A stretch of 64,000 nucleotides of DNA, from positions 512,001 through 576,000 of the forward strand of contig OZ219865.1 of assembly GCA_964291675.2 (NCBI GenBank). Direction: 5' to 3'. The notes beneath the pieces are model-generated. The model saw only the letters and a list, made by a program, of their open reading frames with translations. It was not told the origin of the DNA and searched no databases. Shown piece after piece: positions 1-9,984 of the stretch (position 1 is its first letter; each line of letters opens with the position of its first letter). The translations under genes and the position numbers were made by a program. This stretch comes from Alphaproteobacteria bacterium. Lineage in GTDB: Bacteria; Pseudomonadota; Alphaproteobacteria; MPNO01.

Positions 1-33
1 GGTGGTGAGGTAGAAGCGCTTTTCGTCGGACAT
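1..33 (-). CDS. metG: methionine--tRNA ligase, N-terminus only (runs off the window)
   Basis: Reverse strand reads MSDEKRFYLTT, the usual MetRS N-terminal motif; lies directly after holB, the conserved order. Confidence 0.75.
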   Translation of the reverse strand, partial: MSDEKRFYLTT

Positions 34-58
34 CTCGCCCTTCCGAGTTGGGGCGCGG

Positions 59-1096
59 TCAGACGCGCATCGCGGATTGGAGTTGCCGGAACGCGCCGAG
101 CACGACCTGCTTGCGGTCGAGGTTGACGCTGTCCGCCTGGTCGATGAGCCGCGCACACTTCTCCCATAGCTCGGCGAGGCGATCAAGCCCGGCACGGGAC
201 GCGATTCGCCGGGCCGCCTCCCCTTCCCCGCCGACGACCCCGGGCTCGGGGAGCCCGCCATCGGCGGCCGCGCGCGCGACGCGGGCGATCCACCACAGCA
301 GGATCCGCATCGCAATCCGGTAGGCCGCCTCGGCGTCGCGCCGGGCGAGACGGTCGGCGAACTCGTGCAGCGCCGGCAGGTCGATATCGGGCAGGGCGGC
401 GGCGAACCCGACCAGGGATTCGAGCAGCGCGACCCCGTCCGCCTCCATGAGGGCGAAGGCGCGCCCCGGGCTGCCGTCGGCGATCGCCGACAGCGTCGCG
501 AGACCGCCCGCCTCCACCCCGGCGCGCCGCATGACGTCCTCCATCGCACGGTCCGGAAGCCGCCGGAGCGGCAGCCGGCAGCAGCGCGAGCGAAGCGTCG
601 GCAACAGGCGGTTGGGAGAATGGGAAACCAGCAATATCAGCGTTCTGTCGGAGGGTTCTTCGAGTATTTTGAGAAGCGCGTTGGCCGCGTTCGCGTTGAG
701 CTCGTCGGCGGTATCGACGACCAGCACCCGCCACGCCCCCTCCCCCGCCGTCAGGTGAACGAAGGCGCCGGCCGCCCGCACCGCGTCCACCCCGATCACC
801 GTGCTCGGCCCCTGCCCCTCTGGGTCGCGGGCGAGCGTGAGCAGATCGGCGTGCCCGCCCGACGCCACCCGGCGAAACACCGGATGGTCTTGCGCCAGGC
901 CGAGCGAGTCCCCCTCCCCGCCGGCGAGCACGAAGCGCGCGATCCGGTAGGCGAGCGTCGCCTTGCCGATGCCCTGCGGCCCGGCGATCAGCCAGGCATG
1001 CGGGAGCCGTCCGCCGCGCCAGGCGGACAGGAAGATCGCTTCCGCGGCCTCATGGCCGATCAATGCGGGGTTCTCGCGCGGCCGGGGGTGGGTCAC
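59..1096 (-). CDS. holB: DNA polymerase III delta' subunit
   Basis: HAWLIAGPQGIGKAT, AANALLKILEEP, LLPTLRSRC motifs; GTG start overlaps the tmk stop. Confidence 0.95.
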   Translation of the reverse strand: MTHPRPRENPALIGHEAAEAIFLSAWRGGRLPHAWLIAGPQGIGKATLAYRIARFVLAGGEGDSLGLAQDHPVFRRVASGGHADLLTLARDPEGQGPSTVIGVDAVRAAGAFVHLTAGEGAWRVLVVDTADELNANAANALLKILEEPSDRTLILLVSHSPNRLLPTLRSRCCRLPLRRLPDRAMEDVMRRAGVEAGGLATLSAIADGSPGRAFALMEADGVALLESLVGFAAALPDIDLPALHEFADRLARRDAEAAYRIAMRILLWWIARVARAAADGGLPEPGVVGGEGEAARRIASRAGLDRLAELWEKCARLIDQADSVNLDRKQVVLGAFRQLQSAMRV

Positions 1097-1746
1097 GTCG
1101 ATGCCGCCCCGCCGGCCAGCTCCGCGAACCGCGCCGTCGCCGCCGCGAGCACCGCATCCGCCACCCGGTCCGCCGCCTGTGCGGCATCGACGACGACGCA
1201 GCGCGCCGGCGCGTCCGCGGCGATCTTGAGAAAGCCGTCCCTCACCCGCCGATGATAGTCGAGCGGGCGGCTCTCGTAGGGGTCGCTCGCGGCCGAGCGC
1301 GACCTTGTGCGGGCGAGGCCGAGCTCCGGGTCGATGTCGAGGATCAGGGTCAGATCGGGGCGGAAGCCGCCGAGCGCGGCATCGGCGATCGCCCGGATCG
1401 ACGCGAGCGGCACGCCCGTCCCAAAACCCTGATAGGCCAGCGTCGAGTCGGCGAAGCGGTCGCAGATGACGATGCGGCCCCCGGCGAGCGCGGGCTCCAC
1501 CGTTTTCGCCACGTTCTCCACCCTTCCCGCGAAATGGAGCAGGACCTCGGTCGAGCCCTCCCACCCGGCCTCGCCCGGATCGAGCAGCAGCGCGCGAATC
1601 CGCTCCGCCTCCGGCGTGCCGCCCGGCTCCCGCGTGACCAGGGTCGCGATGCCGCGCCGTTCGAGGGTCTCGGCGAGCCGGGCCGCCTGGGTGGTCTTGC
1701 CGGCCCCCTCCCCGCCCTCGACGGTGATGAAACGCCCTCGTCTCAC
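1093..1746 (-). CDS. tmk: thymidylate kinase
   Basis: FITVEGGEGAGKTTQ, TREPGGT, CDRFADSTLAYQG. Confidence 0.97.
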   Translation of the reverse strand: MRRGRFITVEGGEGAGKTTQAARLAETLERRGIATLVTREPGGTPEAERIRALLLDPGEAGWEGSTEVLLHFAGRVENVAKTVEPALAGGRIVICDRFADSTLAYQGFGTGVPLASIRAIADAALGGFRPDLTLILDIDPELGLARTRSRSAASDPYESRPLDYHRRVRDGFLKIAADAPARCVVVDAAQAADRVADAVLAAATARFAELAGGAAST

Positions 1747-1768
1747 GCGGTTTGGCCGGGCATGGAGA

Positions 1769-2614
1769 TCAATCCGACACGATCTTGGCGTCGCTCCGGC
1801 TGCGTGCCGTCACGGCGGGCAGGAGGCTGCGCGCCCGGGCGATGTCGGCGAAGGGGCCGAGCAGGACGCGGTAGAGCAGCGGTGCGCCGCGCGGCGCGAC
1901 CACAGCCCGGCCGAGCGGCGCGAGCGACTCCTTCAGCCTGTCCGCGTTCTCCGGGTCGAGGAAGGCGCCGGCCTGGATATACACCCGACCGCCCGGCGCG
2001 CCGGGCGCCGGCAGGGCGGCCGTCTCGACGGGGCCGATGCGCCCCGGAAGCGGCTCGAACACCACCCCGTCCGCCGGCACCGCCGCGGCGGCGGCGGGCG
2101 GCGTCCGCTTGGCGATCTCCACGGCCCGGCGGCTCTCTTCGCGCATGATCTTCACCCGGACGTTGGCCGTGCCCTTGTAGCGGAAGCCGAGGAGCTGCGC
2201 GCCGCGGCGCGACATGTCGATGATGCGCCCGCGCACGAACGGGCCGCGGTCGTTGACCCGGACGGCGAGCGAACGCCCGTTCTCCAGGTTGACGACGCGC
2301 ACCATCGAGGGCATCGGCAGCGTCCGATGCGCGGCCGAGACGGCGTTCATGTCGAAGAACTCACCGTTGGCGGTGCGCTGGCCGTGGAATTTCGGCCCGT
2401 ACCAGGACGCGATGCCGATCTCGTCGTAGTCCTCGTCGACCGCCGGGCGATAGACGATCCCGTCGATGTCGTAGGGCTCGCCGACCTTGTAGGTGCCTTC
2501 CTGCGGCGGCGGCGGCGCGACGTCGACCGTCTTGCGCTCGCCGCTGCCGCAGGCGGATACGGCAAGGGCCGCCGCCACGACCGGCACGGAGATCCGCAGG
2601 CCGGCAGGGTCCAT
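1769..2614 (-). CDS. rlpA: septal ring lytic transglycosylase RlpA with SPOR domain (lipoprotein)
   Basis: Lipobox VSAC; ASWYG, AAHRTLP, VNDRGPF; C-terminal IQAGAF SPOR motif. Confidence 0.95.
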   Translation of the reverse strand: MDPAGLRISVPVVAAALAVSACGSGERKTVDVAPPPPQEGTYKVGEPYDIDGIVYRPAVDEDYDEIGIASWYGPKFHGQRTANGEFFDMNAVSAAHRTLPMPSMVRVVNLENGRSLAVRVNDRGPFVRGRIIDMSRRGAQLLGFRYKGTANVRVKIMREESRRAVEIAKRTPPAAAAAVPADGVVFEPLPGRIGPVETAALPAPGAPGGRVYIQAGAFLDPENADRLKESLAPLGRAVVAPRGAPLLYRVLLGPFADIARARSLLPAVTARSRSDAKIVSD

Positions 2615-2620
2615 CGCCCG

Positions 2621-3607
2621 TCAGCCGCCCGCGATGCGGTCGGCCAGGGTGCCAACCGCGGTCGCGAACAGGTTGGAACGGTTCCACCTGAGGATCGCGC
2701 GGAAATTGTCGTAGACCACGTAGGGCGGCCCGTTCGCCCCGCCCGGCAGCAGGATCGAGGAGCGCAGATTGCGCCGCGGCAGGTCGCTGCCGTCCGGCCG
2801 GCGCACGCCGAGCCGCTGCCAGTCGTTGAGCCCCTTGCGGGTCTTGAGCCCGGCCAGCGACCGGTCGAAGCCTTCCGGCAGCCGCACCCGGCGGCCCCAG
2901 GTCTGGTCGCCGCGCCAGCCCACCTTGCTGAGATAGTTGGCGCTCGAGGCGAAGATGTCGGCATGGGTGCCCCAGATGTCGCGCCGGCCGTCGCCGTCGT
3001 AATCCACCGCGTAGCGCAGGAAAGACGACGGCATGAACTGGTTCTGCCCCATCGCGCCGGCCCAGGAGCCCATCATCGCCCGGGCCGCGATATGGCCCTG
3101 GTCGACGATGGTGAGCGCGTTGAACAGCTCCTTGCGGAAATAGGCCGAACGCCGCCCGTCGAAGGCCAGCGAGGCGAGCGCCTGGATGACCGGGAAGCCG
3201 CCGAGATGGCGCCCGAAATCGGTCTCGATCCCCCACAGCGCGACCAGGAAGCGGGGCTGCACCCTGTACCTCGCCGAGACCTCGCGCAGCAGGTCCCGGT
3301 GCCGGGCGAGCCGCGCCCTGCCCTTGTCGACCCGCGCCTTCGACACCACCCGCGCGAGGTACCGGTCGAGCGTGAGCTTGAACTCCGGCTGCCTGCGGTC
3401 GAGCTCGACCACCCGCGCGATCGGGCGGATGTCCGACAGCGCGGAGACGATCGTCGCCTCCTTGAGGCCGCGCTCGCGCGCCTCCTTGCGAACGCCTTCG
3501 AGCCAGGCGTCGAAACCGCTCGCGGCGGCGGGCGCGCCGGCGAGCGCGAAGGCGGCGACAAGAACGCCGCAGGCGAGCTTCGGCCGCCGGTGGGGTCGAT
3601 CTGTCAT
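2621..3607 (-). CDS. lytic murein transglycosylase (MltB/SLT_2 family)
   Basis: ALWGIETDFG, GSWAGAMGQNQFMPS, YDGDGRRDIW; signal peptide. Confidence 0.93.
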   Translation of the reverse strand: MTDRPHRRPKLACGVLVAAFALAGAPAAASGFDAWLEGVRKEARERGLKEATIVSALSDIRPIARVVELDRRQPEFKLTLDRYLARVVSKARVDKGRARLARHRDLLREVSARYRVQPRFLVALWGIETDFGRHLGGFPVIQALASLAFDGRRSAYFRKELFNALTIVDQGHIAARAMMGSWAGAMGQNQFMPSSFLRYAVDYDGDGRRDIWGTHADIFASSANYLSKVGWRGDQTWGRRVRLPEGFDRSLAGLKTRKGLNDWQRLGVRRPDGSDLPRRNLRSSILLPGGANGPPYVVYDNFRAILRWNRSNLFATAVGTLADRIAGG

Positions 3608-3790
3608 CGGCTCCTCTCCGCATCCTCGACCGGGCCGGGAGCTCGTTAGTGCCACAGCTTCGGACGACTCGGCAACGAAGATCGCCCGGCTCAGGCCCAG
3701 AGCCAGTCCAGCTCGGAGAAGGCGAGCTTGCGGTCGACATTCGCGGATCGTGTCCCGCCGCGCGGTGCAAGGGCCCGGCGCCGCTCGCGC

Positions 3791-5122
3791 TCAGGACGAC
3801 CTCGCCGAGCTCTTCCTTCGACCTGAGTTCGGCCGCGGCTCGCCGCCCGGGCCGGGAACGAATTGCCGTTCCTGCAGACGGGACAACAGGCGCTCGCGAA
3901 GCCGAACGCTGTGCTCGGCATCGCCCGATTCCTCCCCGCGCGGCAGCGCGTCCGGATGCCGGGCGGGATCGTCCGCCGTTGCGAGTTCGTGCAGGTTCTC
4001 GGCGATCATGCCCGCCGCCGCGTCGATCAGCTCGTCGTTGTACCGCCCCGGCAGCAGGTTCCGGCGGTCTTCGTCGGTCTTCCACGGCGCGTTCAGGATG
4101 CCGGCGACCGGGCTCGCGGTCCCGGTCGGGAAGAACGCCCAGAACCGTCCGGGCTCGTCCAGACGGTCCAGCGGGACGGCCCAGCGGATCGGCACCTCGC
4201 CGCCCTCGTCGTGCGGCGGCCGGTCGCTGCGCGCTTCGGCGGAAAGGCGATGGGCGGTGTCGAACCGCCGCCAGCGGGAGAACCCTTCCCCGGTATCGAG
4301 ACGAAGCTCACCCCGCCACTTCTCCAGAACGAACTCGCGGGCGGCCTCCACCTTGTCGAGGGTAAGGTAACGGACGCCGTCGACCAGCAGGAGGAACTCC
4401 GGCGGGAAGCTCGCAATCTGCGCTTCGAGGCTCTTGTGGGCGCCGGGCTTCAGAGGCAGGCGGACGATGTTCGTCGCCCAGCTCATGAATTCGCGCAACT
4501 CCTCGTCCGTGTCCCTCGCCTCGTGGGGGTCGATGGGCTCGGGCAAACTCAGCACCGGGTAGCGCTCGGCGGGCGCGATTTCCGCTATGCGCTCGGCCGA
4601 GCGGGCTCCGTCGCAACGGAACGAGACCGGGCGGCTGTAAAACTCGGGCGCATCGCTCACGCGCAGGACGGACTTGAAACCGGGGCCGAACCTGCCGATC
4701 GCGCCGGTGTTTCGCTTGCTCGACATGCGGGAGAACATGAGCCCGTCGATACCACGCTCGTCGATTGGGTTTCCGTTGTCGGCGCAGTAGAGGAAGCCTT
4801 CCGTCAAGCGAATCAGGATGCTCTTGCCCTTCGGCGCCCCGCGCAAGGCGTCCGCGCTGTTCTGCGCGAGCTCGAACAGCTGGCGATGGGCATACCCGCC
4901 ATGGGCCGTGTCGTGCTCTTCGTTTGCGTCCCGGGCGATGAGCTCGGGCTGCGCGCGGTATGCGTCGAGGGTCTTTTCGGCTGCTTCGGCAACGAACCTG
5001 GCGAGCGGACCCCCGGAGCCACTCCAGTCGGGTTGCCCGCCGGAAGTCGGAAAGCGTGACTTGGCATTCGCGCGGAAGAACTTGCCGCGCTCGCTATTCG
5101 AGAAATCGTATTCTTGCTTCAT
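3791..5122 (-). CDS. BrnA-like N-terminus fused to a sacsin-type GHKL ATPase domain; probably a truncated ATPase-helicase
   Basis: MKQEYDFSNSERGKFF resembles BrnA antitoxin starts; ELAQNSADA, ADNG and IGRFGPGFKSV are GHKL/sacsin motifs; FFPT and ILNAPW motifs; the tail looks out of frame. Confidence 0.7.
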   Translation of the reverse strand: MKQEYDFSNSERGKFFRANAKSRFPTSGGQPDWSGSGGPLARFVAEAAEKTLDAYRAQPELIARDANEEHDTAHGGYAHRQLFELAQNSADALRGAPKGKSILIRLTEGFLYCADNGNPIDERGIDGLMFSRMSSKRNTGAIGRFGPGFKSVLRVSDAPEFYSRPVSFRCDGARSAERIAEIAPAERYPVLSLPEPIDPHEARDTDEELREFMSWATNIVRLPLKPGAHKSLEAQIASFPPEFLLLVDGVRYLTLDKVEAAREFVLEKWRGELRLDTGEGFSRWRRFDTAHRLSAEARSDRPPHDEGGEVPIRWAVPLDRLDEPGRFWAFFPTGTASPVAGILNAPWKTDEDRRNLLPGRYNDELIDAAAGMIAENLHELATADDPARHPDALPRGEESGDAEHSVRLRERLLSRLQERQFVPGPGGEPRPNSGRRKSSARSS

Positions 5123-5418
5123 TCTCCAGACTCGTAGTGGCGCCGCTCCTCAGGGGTTGCGGAACGGGCCGAAATGAGCCGCACCGAGTCCTCGCCCTCG
5201 TCGGTCACCCGATCCGTATGGCATACGACCAGCAGCCTGCCGTCCGGGGTGCAGCCCATGGTTATCCAGCGCTGTTCGAACTGGCTGTGTTCTTCATCGG
5301 CGATCGTCCGCCTGAACGGATCCCAAAAGACTGTCCGCGCATCCTCGAATTCGATCCCGTGCTTGCGGCGGTTGTCCGCCGCCTTGGCGGGGTCCCACTC
5401 GAACTCGAACTCGAACAT
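5119..5418 (-). CDS. BrnT family ribonuclease toxin
   Basis: FEWDPAKAADNRRKHGIEFEDA ... VRLISARSAT..ERR.YE. Confidence 0.93.
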   Translation of the reverse strand: MFEFEFEWDPAKAADNRRKHGIEFEDARTVFWDPFRRTIADEEHSQFEQRWITMGCTPDGRLLVVCHTDRVTDEGEDSVRLISARSATPEERRHYESGE

Positions 5419-5635
5419 GCGACGCCGCTCCTGCCCCGCCCGGATCGGCCCATGAGTCCGTGGCCGGGGCGATCAACCGGGCTGAATACACGCGGACTCG
5501 AAGGAAACCCCGGTATCGGCATTGCGGGATGTGGCGTTCGGTGGCCCCTGTCGCATATCCGAGCCTAGCACAGTTCCATGTGACTTTGATATGACGTCGC
5601 CCCCGGCGCTGGCCAGCGCCATCGTCCGGCTCTAT

Positions 5636-7516
5636 ATGAGCGCGCATGCGCAACATGCAATCCGACCGGACGTGACGGAGGCGGCGCGCAGCGGGGCGGG
5701 CCGCAAGCTGGAGGACGGGTTCGAGTGGCGCGCGCTGGCCGCGCTGCTGCCCTATCTCTGGCCGCGCGGCGAGCTCGAGATCAAGCTGCGGGTGGCGGCG
5801 GCGCTTGCTTTGCTGGCGCTCGCCAAGCTCGCCACGGTCTACATACCGGTGCTCTACAAGCAGGCCGTCGACATTCTCGGCGGCGAGGCCGGGGCGGCGG
5901 TGGCGGTGCCGGTCGGCGTGATCGTCGGCTACGGGATCGCCCGGCTGCTGGCGACCGCCTTCGGCGAGCTGCGCGACGCGGTGTTCGCCAAGGTCGGCCA
6001 GCGCGCGATCCGCCGGGTCGCGCTCGCCACCTTCCGCCATCTGCACGGGCTCGCGCTCCGCTTCCATCTGGAGCGCCAGACCGGCGGGCTGTCGCGCGCC
6101 ATCGAGCGCGGCACCAAGGCGATCGACTTCCTGCTGCGCTTCGCCCTGTTCCACATCATCCCGACCCTGCTCGAGCTCGCCATGGTCTGCGGCATATTGT
6201 GGACCCTGTTCAATGTCTGGTTCGCGCTGGTGACCCTGGTCACCATCGTCGGCTTCGTCGCCTACACGATGGTCGTCACCGAGTGGCGCCTGAAGTACCG
6301 AAGGCGCATGAACGAGACCGACCAGGAGGCGAACACGCGGGCGATCGACAGCCTGCTCAACTACGAGACCGTCAAGTATTTCGGCAACGAGGCCTACGAG
6401 GCGCGCCGCTTCGATGCCGCGCTCAGGCGCTACGAGCGGGCGGCGGTGACCAGCAACGCCTCGCTGTCGCTGCTCAATATCGGCCAGGCGGTGATCGTCG
6501 GCTCCGGGCTCGCCGCGATCATGCTCATGGCGGGCTACGGCGTCGCCGGCGGCACCATGACCGTGGGCGATTTCGTCATGGTCAACACCTATTTGATCCA
6601 GCTCTATCTGCCGCTCAACTATCTCGGCTTCGTCTACCGCGAGATCAAGCAGTCGCTGACCGACATGGAGGCGATGTTCTACCTGCTCGGCGTCGCGCCC
6701 GAGGTCGAGGACGCGCCCGGCGCGAAGCCGCTCGCCGACGGCCCGGGCGAGATCGTCTTCGCCGGGGTCTCGTTCGCCTACGACCCCCGGCGCCGCATCC
6801 TGCACGACGTGAGCTTCGCCGTGCCGGCCGGGCGCCGCACGGCGATCGTCGGCCCGACCGGCGCCGGCAAGTCGACGCTGTCGCGCCTGCTCTACCGGTT
6901 CTACGACGCGACCGAGGGCGCGATCGCCATCGACGGCCAGGACATCCGCAGCGTCACCCAGGCCAGCGTCCGCGCGGCGATCGGGATCGTCCCGCAGGAC
7001 ACCGTGCTGTTCAACGACACCGTCTACTACAACATCGCCTACGGGCGGCCGGACGCGACGCCGACGGACGTCGAGGCGGCGGCGCGGAGCGCGGCGATCC
7101 ACGACCAGATCATGGCGATGCCGGACGGCTACCAGACCGTGGTCGGCGAGCGCGGCCTAAAACTGTCGGGCGGCGAGAAGCAGCGCGTGGCGATCGCGCG
7201 GACCATCCTCAAGCGGCCCCGCATCCTGATGTTCGACGAGGCCACCTCGGCGCTCGATACCCGCACCGAGCGCGAGATCCAGGTCGCGCTGAAGGAGATC
7301 TCGCGCAACCGCACGACGCTGGTGATCGCGCACCGGCTGTCCACCGTGGTCGACGCCGACGAGATCCTGGTGCTGGAGCACGGCCGTATCGTCGAGCGCG
7401 GCACCCACGCGGCATTGCTGGCGCAACACGGCACCTACGCGCAGATGTGGGCGCGCCAGCAGGAGGCGGGCGAGGCCGCGCCCGCGCCGGACGGCGGGGC
7501 GCGGCTGCCGGCGTGA
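5636..7516 (+). CDS. Atm1/ABCB7-type ABC transporter (fused permease-ATPase)
   Basis: FHLERQTG, DSLLNYETVKYF, GPTGAGKST, LSGGEKQRVAIAR; start codon uncertain. Confidence 0.93.
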   Translation: MSAHAQHAIRPDVTEAARSGAGRKLEDGFEWRALAALLPYLWPRGELEIKLRVAAALALLALAKLATVYIPVLYKQAVDILGGEAGAAVAVPVGVIVGYGIARLLATAFGELRDAVFAKVGQRAIRRVALATFRHLHGLALRFHLERQTGGLSRAIERGTKAIDFLLRFALFHIIPTLLELAMVCGILWTLFNVWFALVTLVTIVGFVAYTMVVTEWRLKYRRRMNETDQEANTRAIDSLLNYETVKYFGNEAYEARRFDAALRRYERAAVTSNASLSLLNIGQAVIVGSGLAAIMLMAGYGVAGGTMTVGDFVMVNTYLIQLYLPLNYLGFVYREIKQSLTDMEAMFYLLGVAPEVEDAPGAKPLADGPGEIVFAGVSFAYDPRRRILHDVSFAVPAGRRTAIVGPTGAGKSTLSRLLYRFYDATEGAIAIDGQDIRSVTQASVRAAIGIVPQDTVLFNDTVYYNIAYGRPDATPTDVEAAARSAAIHDQIMAMPDGYQTVVGERGLKLSGGEKQRVAIARTILKRPRILMFDEATSALDTRTEREIQVALKEISRNRTTLVIAHRLSTVVDADEILVLEHGRIVERGTHAALLAQHGTYAQMWARQQEAGEAAPAPDGGARLPA

Positions 7517-7673
7517 TCGGCGGCCGGGCCGTTCCGGATGCAACCGACGGGGAGCGGCGTCCCTCGATACGCCTCCGCGCCCCCACCGTCATGCCCGGCC
7601 TCCGCCTCGACCGTCGAACGGCATCGAAGCTCGGCCCGCGACCGGAGTGGGCCGGACTTCCGTCGCGCCGCGC

Positions 7674-7997
7674 CTAAAACTGCGATACGTAACGCAGCGG
7701 GTCGCAGGCGTTGACGGCCTCTCGCCGCTTGTAGAACTCGACGAGGGTGGCGATCTCGGCCAGCGACAGCGACATCAGGTAGAGCCGGTGTGCTTCGATC
7801 GGCATGTCGCCGCCGAAATCGTCTTCCAGATAGGCGAGGATGTCGTCGATCCGCCGTATCATCGCATCGTAAAAGGCACGGATTTCGTCCATCGAGGCCG
7901 CCGCCCTCTTCTCGGTCCGGGCGCGCTCCGGCTCCAGCGCCCAGTCCGCAAACGGTGCCAGCTCCCCGAATGCCTCGGGCAATGGCGGCTCATTCAT
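7674..7997 (-). CDS. small hypothetical protein downstream of the Rieske oxygenase
   Basis: 107 aa with ordinary globular composition; 33 bp after the oxygenase, same strand. Confidence 0.75.
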   Translation of the reverse strand: MNEPPLPEAFGELAPFADWALEPERARTEKRAAASMDEIRAFYDAMIRRIDDILAYLEDDFGGDMPIEAHRLYLMSLSLAEIATLVEFYKRREAVNACDPLRYVSQF

Positions 7998-8030
7998 CGC
8001 CTGCGCTCCGCCGCCTCCCGGCCGGACCGT

Positions 8031-9209
8031 TCATGCGCATCGACCGTACCCGGCATAATCGGCCAGGACCTTGTGGAAATGACGGATCGGCAGCTCGTCG
8101 TCCTGAAGGATGAGGTGGCTCCGCACACGGGAGGCAATGCCCGCCTGGATGCTCTCGTGTGCCAGCGTATCCTCCTGAAGCGTATCCCGAATAAAACACT
8201 TGAAGAATTCCTGCTGGAGCCGTTCGCGCCGGGTTGCCGGCGCGCTGAAATGCATCCGAATCTCCCAGACCGTGCGGTCGACCGCGACCGGCCACAACAT
8301 GTATGTGATGCACCCCATCCAGCGACCGACCTTGAACAGCGAAAGAATGCCGTTGGGGAAAAGCAGATAGTGGTCAAGGTCGCCAATCATGTCCGGAACC
8401 TGGAAATCCCCGGCGGCATCGCCGCCGTGAAAGAGGGCGATTTTCAGCGGTGTCAGCTTTTGGAAGGACCGGTAATCGCACGACCAGAAGCTGTGATAGT
8501 CGAAAAGAACGAGCTCCTTGAAGTAGCAGTTCCCGGTATCGTCCTTCGCGAACGACTCGCCGAGCGTCCAGCGATGCTGATAGGGCAAGTGGTACACTTC
8601 GTTCTGGGCATCGAGCACGACCTTCCAGTTGGCGCGCTCCTCCACCCTGTAGACTTGGGACAGCTTCATTTCGTGGAACGGGCAGCCGTCGAGCCGGTCG
8701 GCGACGCCGCCGAGATAGTCCCGCAGCGTCTCGGCGGGGTCGGGGGCCAGATGAACGAAGATGAAGCCTTCCCAGAAGTCGGTATCGACCGGCGTCAAAC
8801 CGTGATCCCGCCGGTCCAGGCCGACGAAATTCTCTTCGTTCGGGACGCCGAACAGCTCGCCCGTGTCGCTGTACGCCCAGTTGTGGAGGCGGCAGAAGAG
8901 CGGGCCGCGGCAGGAGCCCCGTTCGTCCGCCACCAGCCGGTTGCTGCGATGGGAGCAGACATTGTGAAAGCCGCGCACGACGCCGTCCGAACCCCGGATG
9001 ACCAGTATCGAGGCGTGGCAAATGGCGATATCCCGGACGAAATAGTCGCCCGCATGGGGAATTTCCTCGACACGGCCGACCTGGAGCCATGACCTGCGGA
9101 AGACCCGCTCGCGCTCGAGGACGAAATGCTCTTCGGAAAGGTAGGGCTCGGTGGGCAGCGGATCGGTGCCCAGGTCCGGATATTTGTCGGACCACAGCTC
9201 CTGGCGCAT
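8031..9209 (-). CDS. Rieske aromatic ring-hydroxylating oxygenase, alpha subunit
   Basis: CSH...CRLH Rieske motif; ANWK..D...EVYH..YQH mononuclear iron motif. Confidence 0.93.
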   Translation of the reverse strand: MRQELWSDKYPDLGTDPLPTEPYLSEEHFVLERERVFRRSWLQVGRVEEIPHAGDYFVRDIAICHASILVIRGSDGVVRGFHNVCSHRSNRLVADERGSCRGPLFCRLHNWAYSDTGELFGVPNEENFVGLDRRDHGLTPVDTDFWEGFIFVHLAPDPAETLRDYLGGVADRLDGCPFHEMKLSQVYRVEERANWKVVLDAQNEVYHLPYQHRWTLGESFAKDDTGNCYFKELVLFDYHSFWSCDYRSFQKLTPLKIALFHGGDAAGDFQVPDMIGDLDHYLLFPNGILSLFKVGRWMGCITYMLWPVAVDRTVWEIRMHFSAPATRRERLQQEFFKCFIRDTLQEDTLAHESIQAGIASRVRSHLILQDDELPIRHFHKVLADYAGYGRCA

Positions 9210-9731
9210 ACCTGTCTCCCTTGCCTGTTCTTCCGACAGTCGCGACGCTTCGTCCGCCCGGTCGACCGTCAGCCCGGCCACCTCTCCGGGACGAGCCGGT
9301 TCCCTGTCGCAGCCGTGGCTGCGCCGGCCCACCCGACGCATTCGATGCGCACCGTCAACTTGAGACCTCGTTCAATGGCCGCAGGCACAAGAGGATAGAC
9401 GCTGTCCTTGCCGAGGCGCCTCCCCAAGATCGGGGAGATTCGTGAACAATTTCCGGCGGTGTTCAGGGAAGCCGGCGATGCAGATGGGCGAGGAAGAGCG
9501 ACGCCCGAGGCGGTGGCCGGCCGAGCGGAACGCCCGCGGCGAATTGCCTTTGCCGAAACCGTAGACCGCGAAACCGCCTTCCCGGAACCGCTGCGCAAGC
9601 CGGTTGGTGTCCCGTGGTCTCTTCGGTCCGGTCATGGCCGGACCATGGCCATTGCCGTCCGGTTCGGATGGGCCGGGCGGGGAGCAAGCCCTCGGTACGG
9701 GCGGGACATCGGCGCATCCGCCGGGATCGGG

Positions 9732-9824
9732 CGTTGTGTCCCCAGACGTGGTGCAGGAGTTCTGGCCTTGGTTCGTAGCTGTGGGCAAGCAGCGCGCCGC
9801 CGCGACCGGCGCGAGTCCGGCGGC
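9732..9824 (+). mobile_element. orphan left-end fragment of the IS256 element at 18329
   Basis: gtgtccccagacgtggtg...gcgagtccggcggc aligns with few mismatches to 18333-18421. Confidence 0.85.
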
Positions 9825-9984
9825 ATCGTCGCGCGGGCGATGAAAGCTTGATTCGCCGGCAAACGCACTGTTAGCTGCTGCGGCACCATAGGTGCGTGGA
9901 ATCCGGCCGAACGCGGCACTTCTTCCAGACAGTCGCCGCCTCGGTCGGTCCACCCTGTCGAACAGGCCGGTTACGGAGAATCCG

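Noticed and set aside
5518-5531. ggcattgcgggatg shared with ~39257-39270
   Set aside because: Two copies of 14 bp with no conserved downstream element; chance cannot be excluded.
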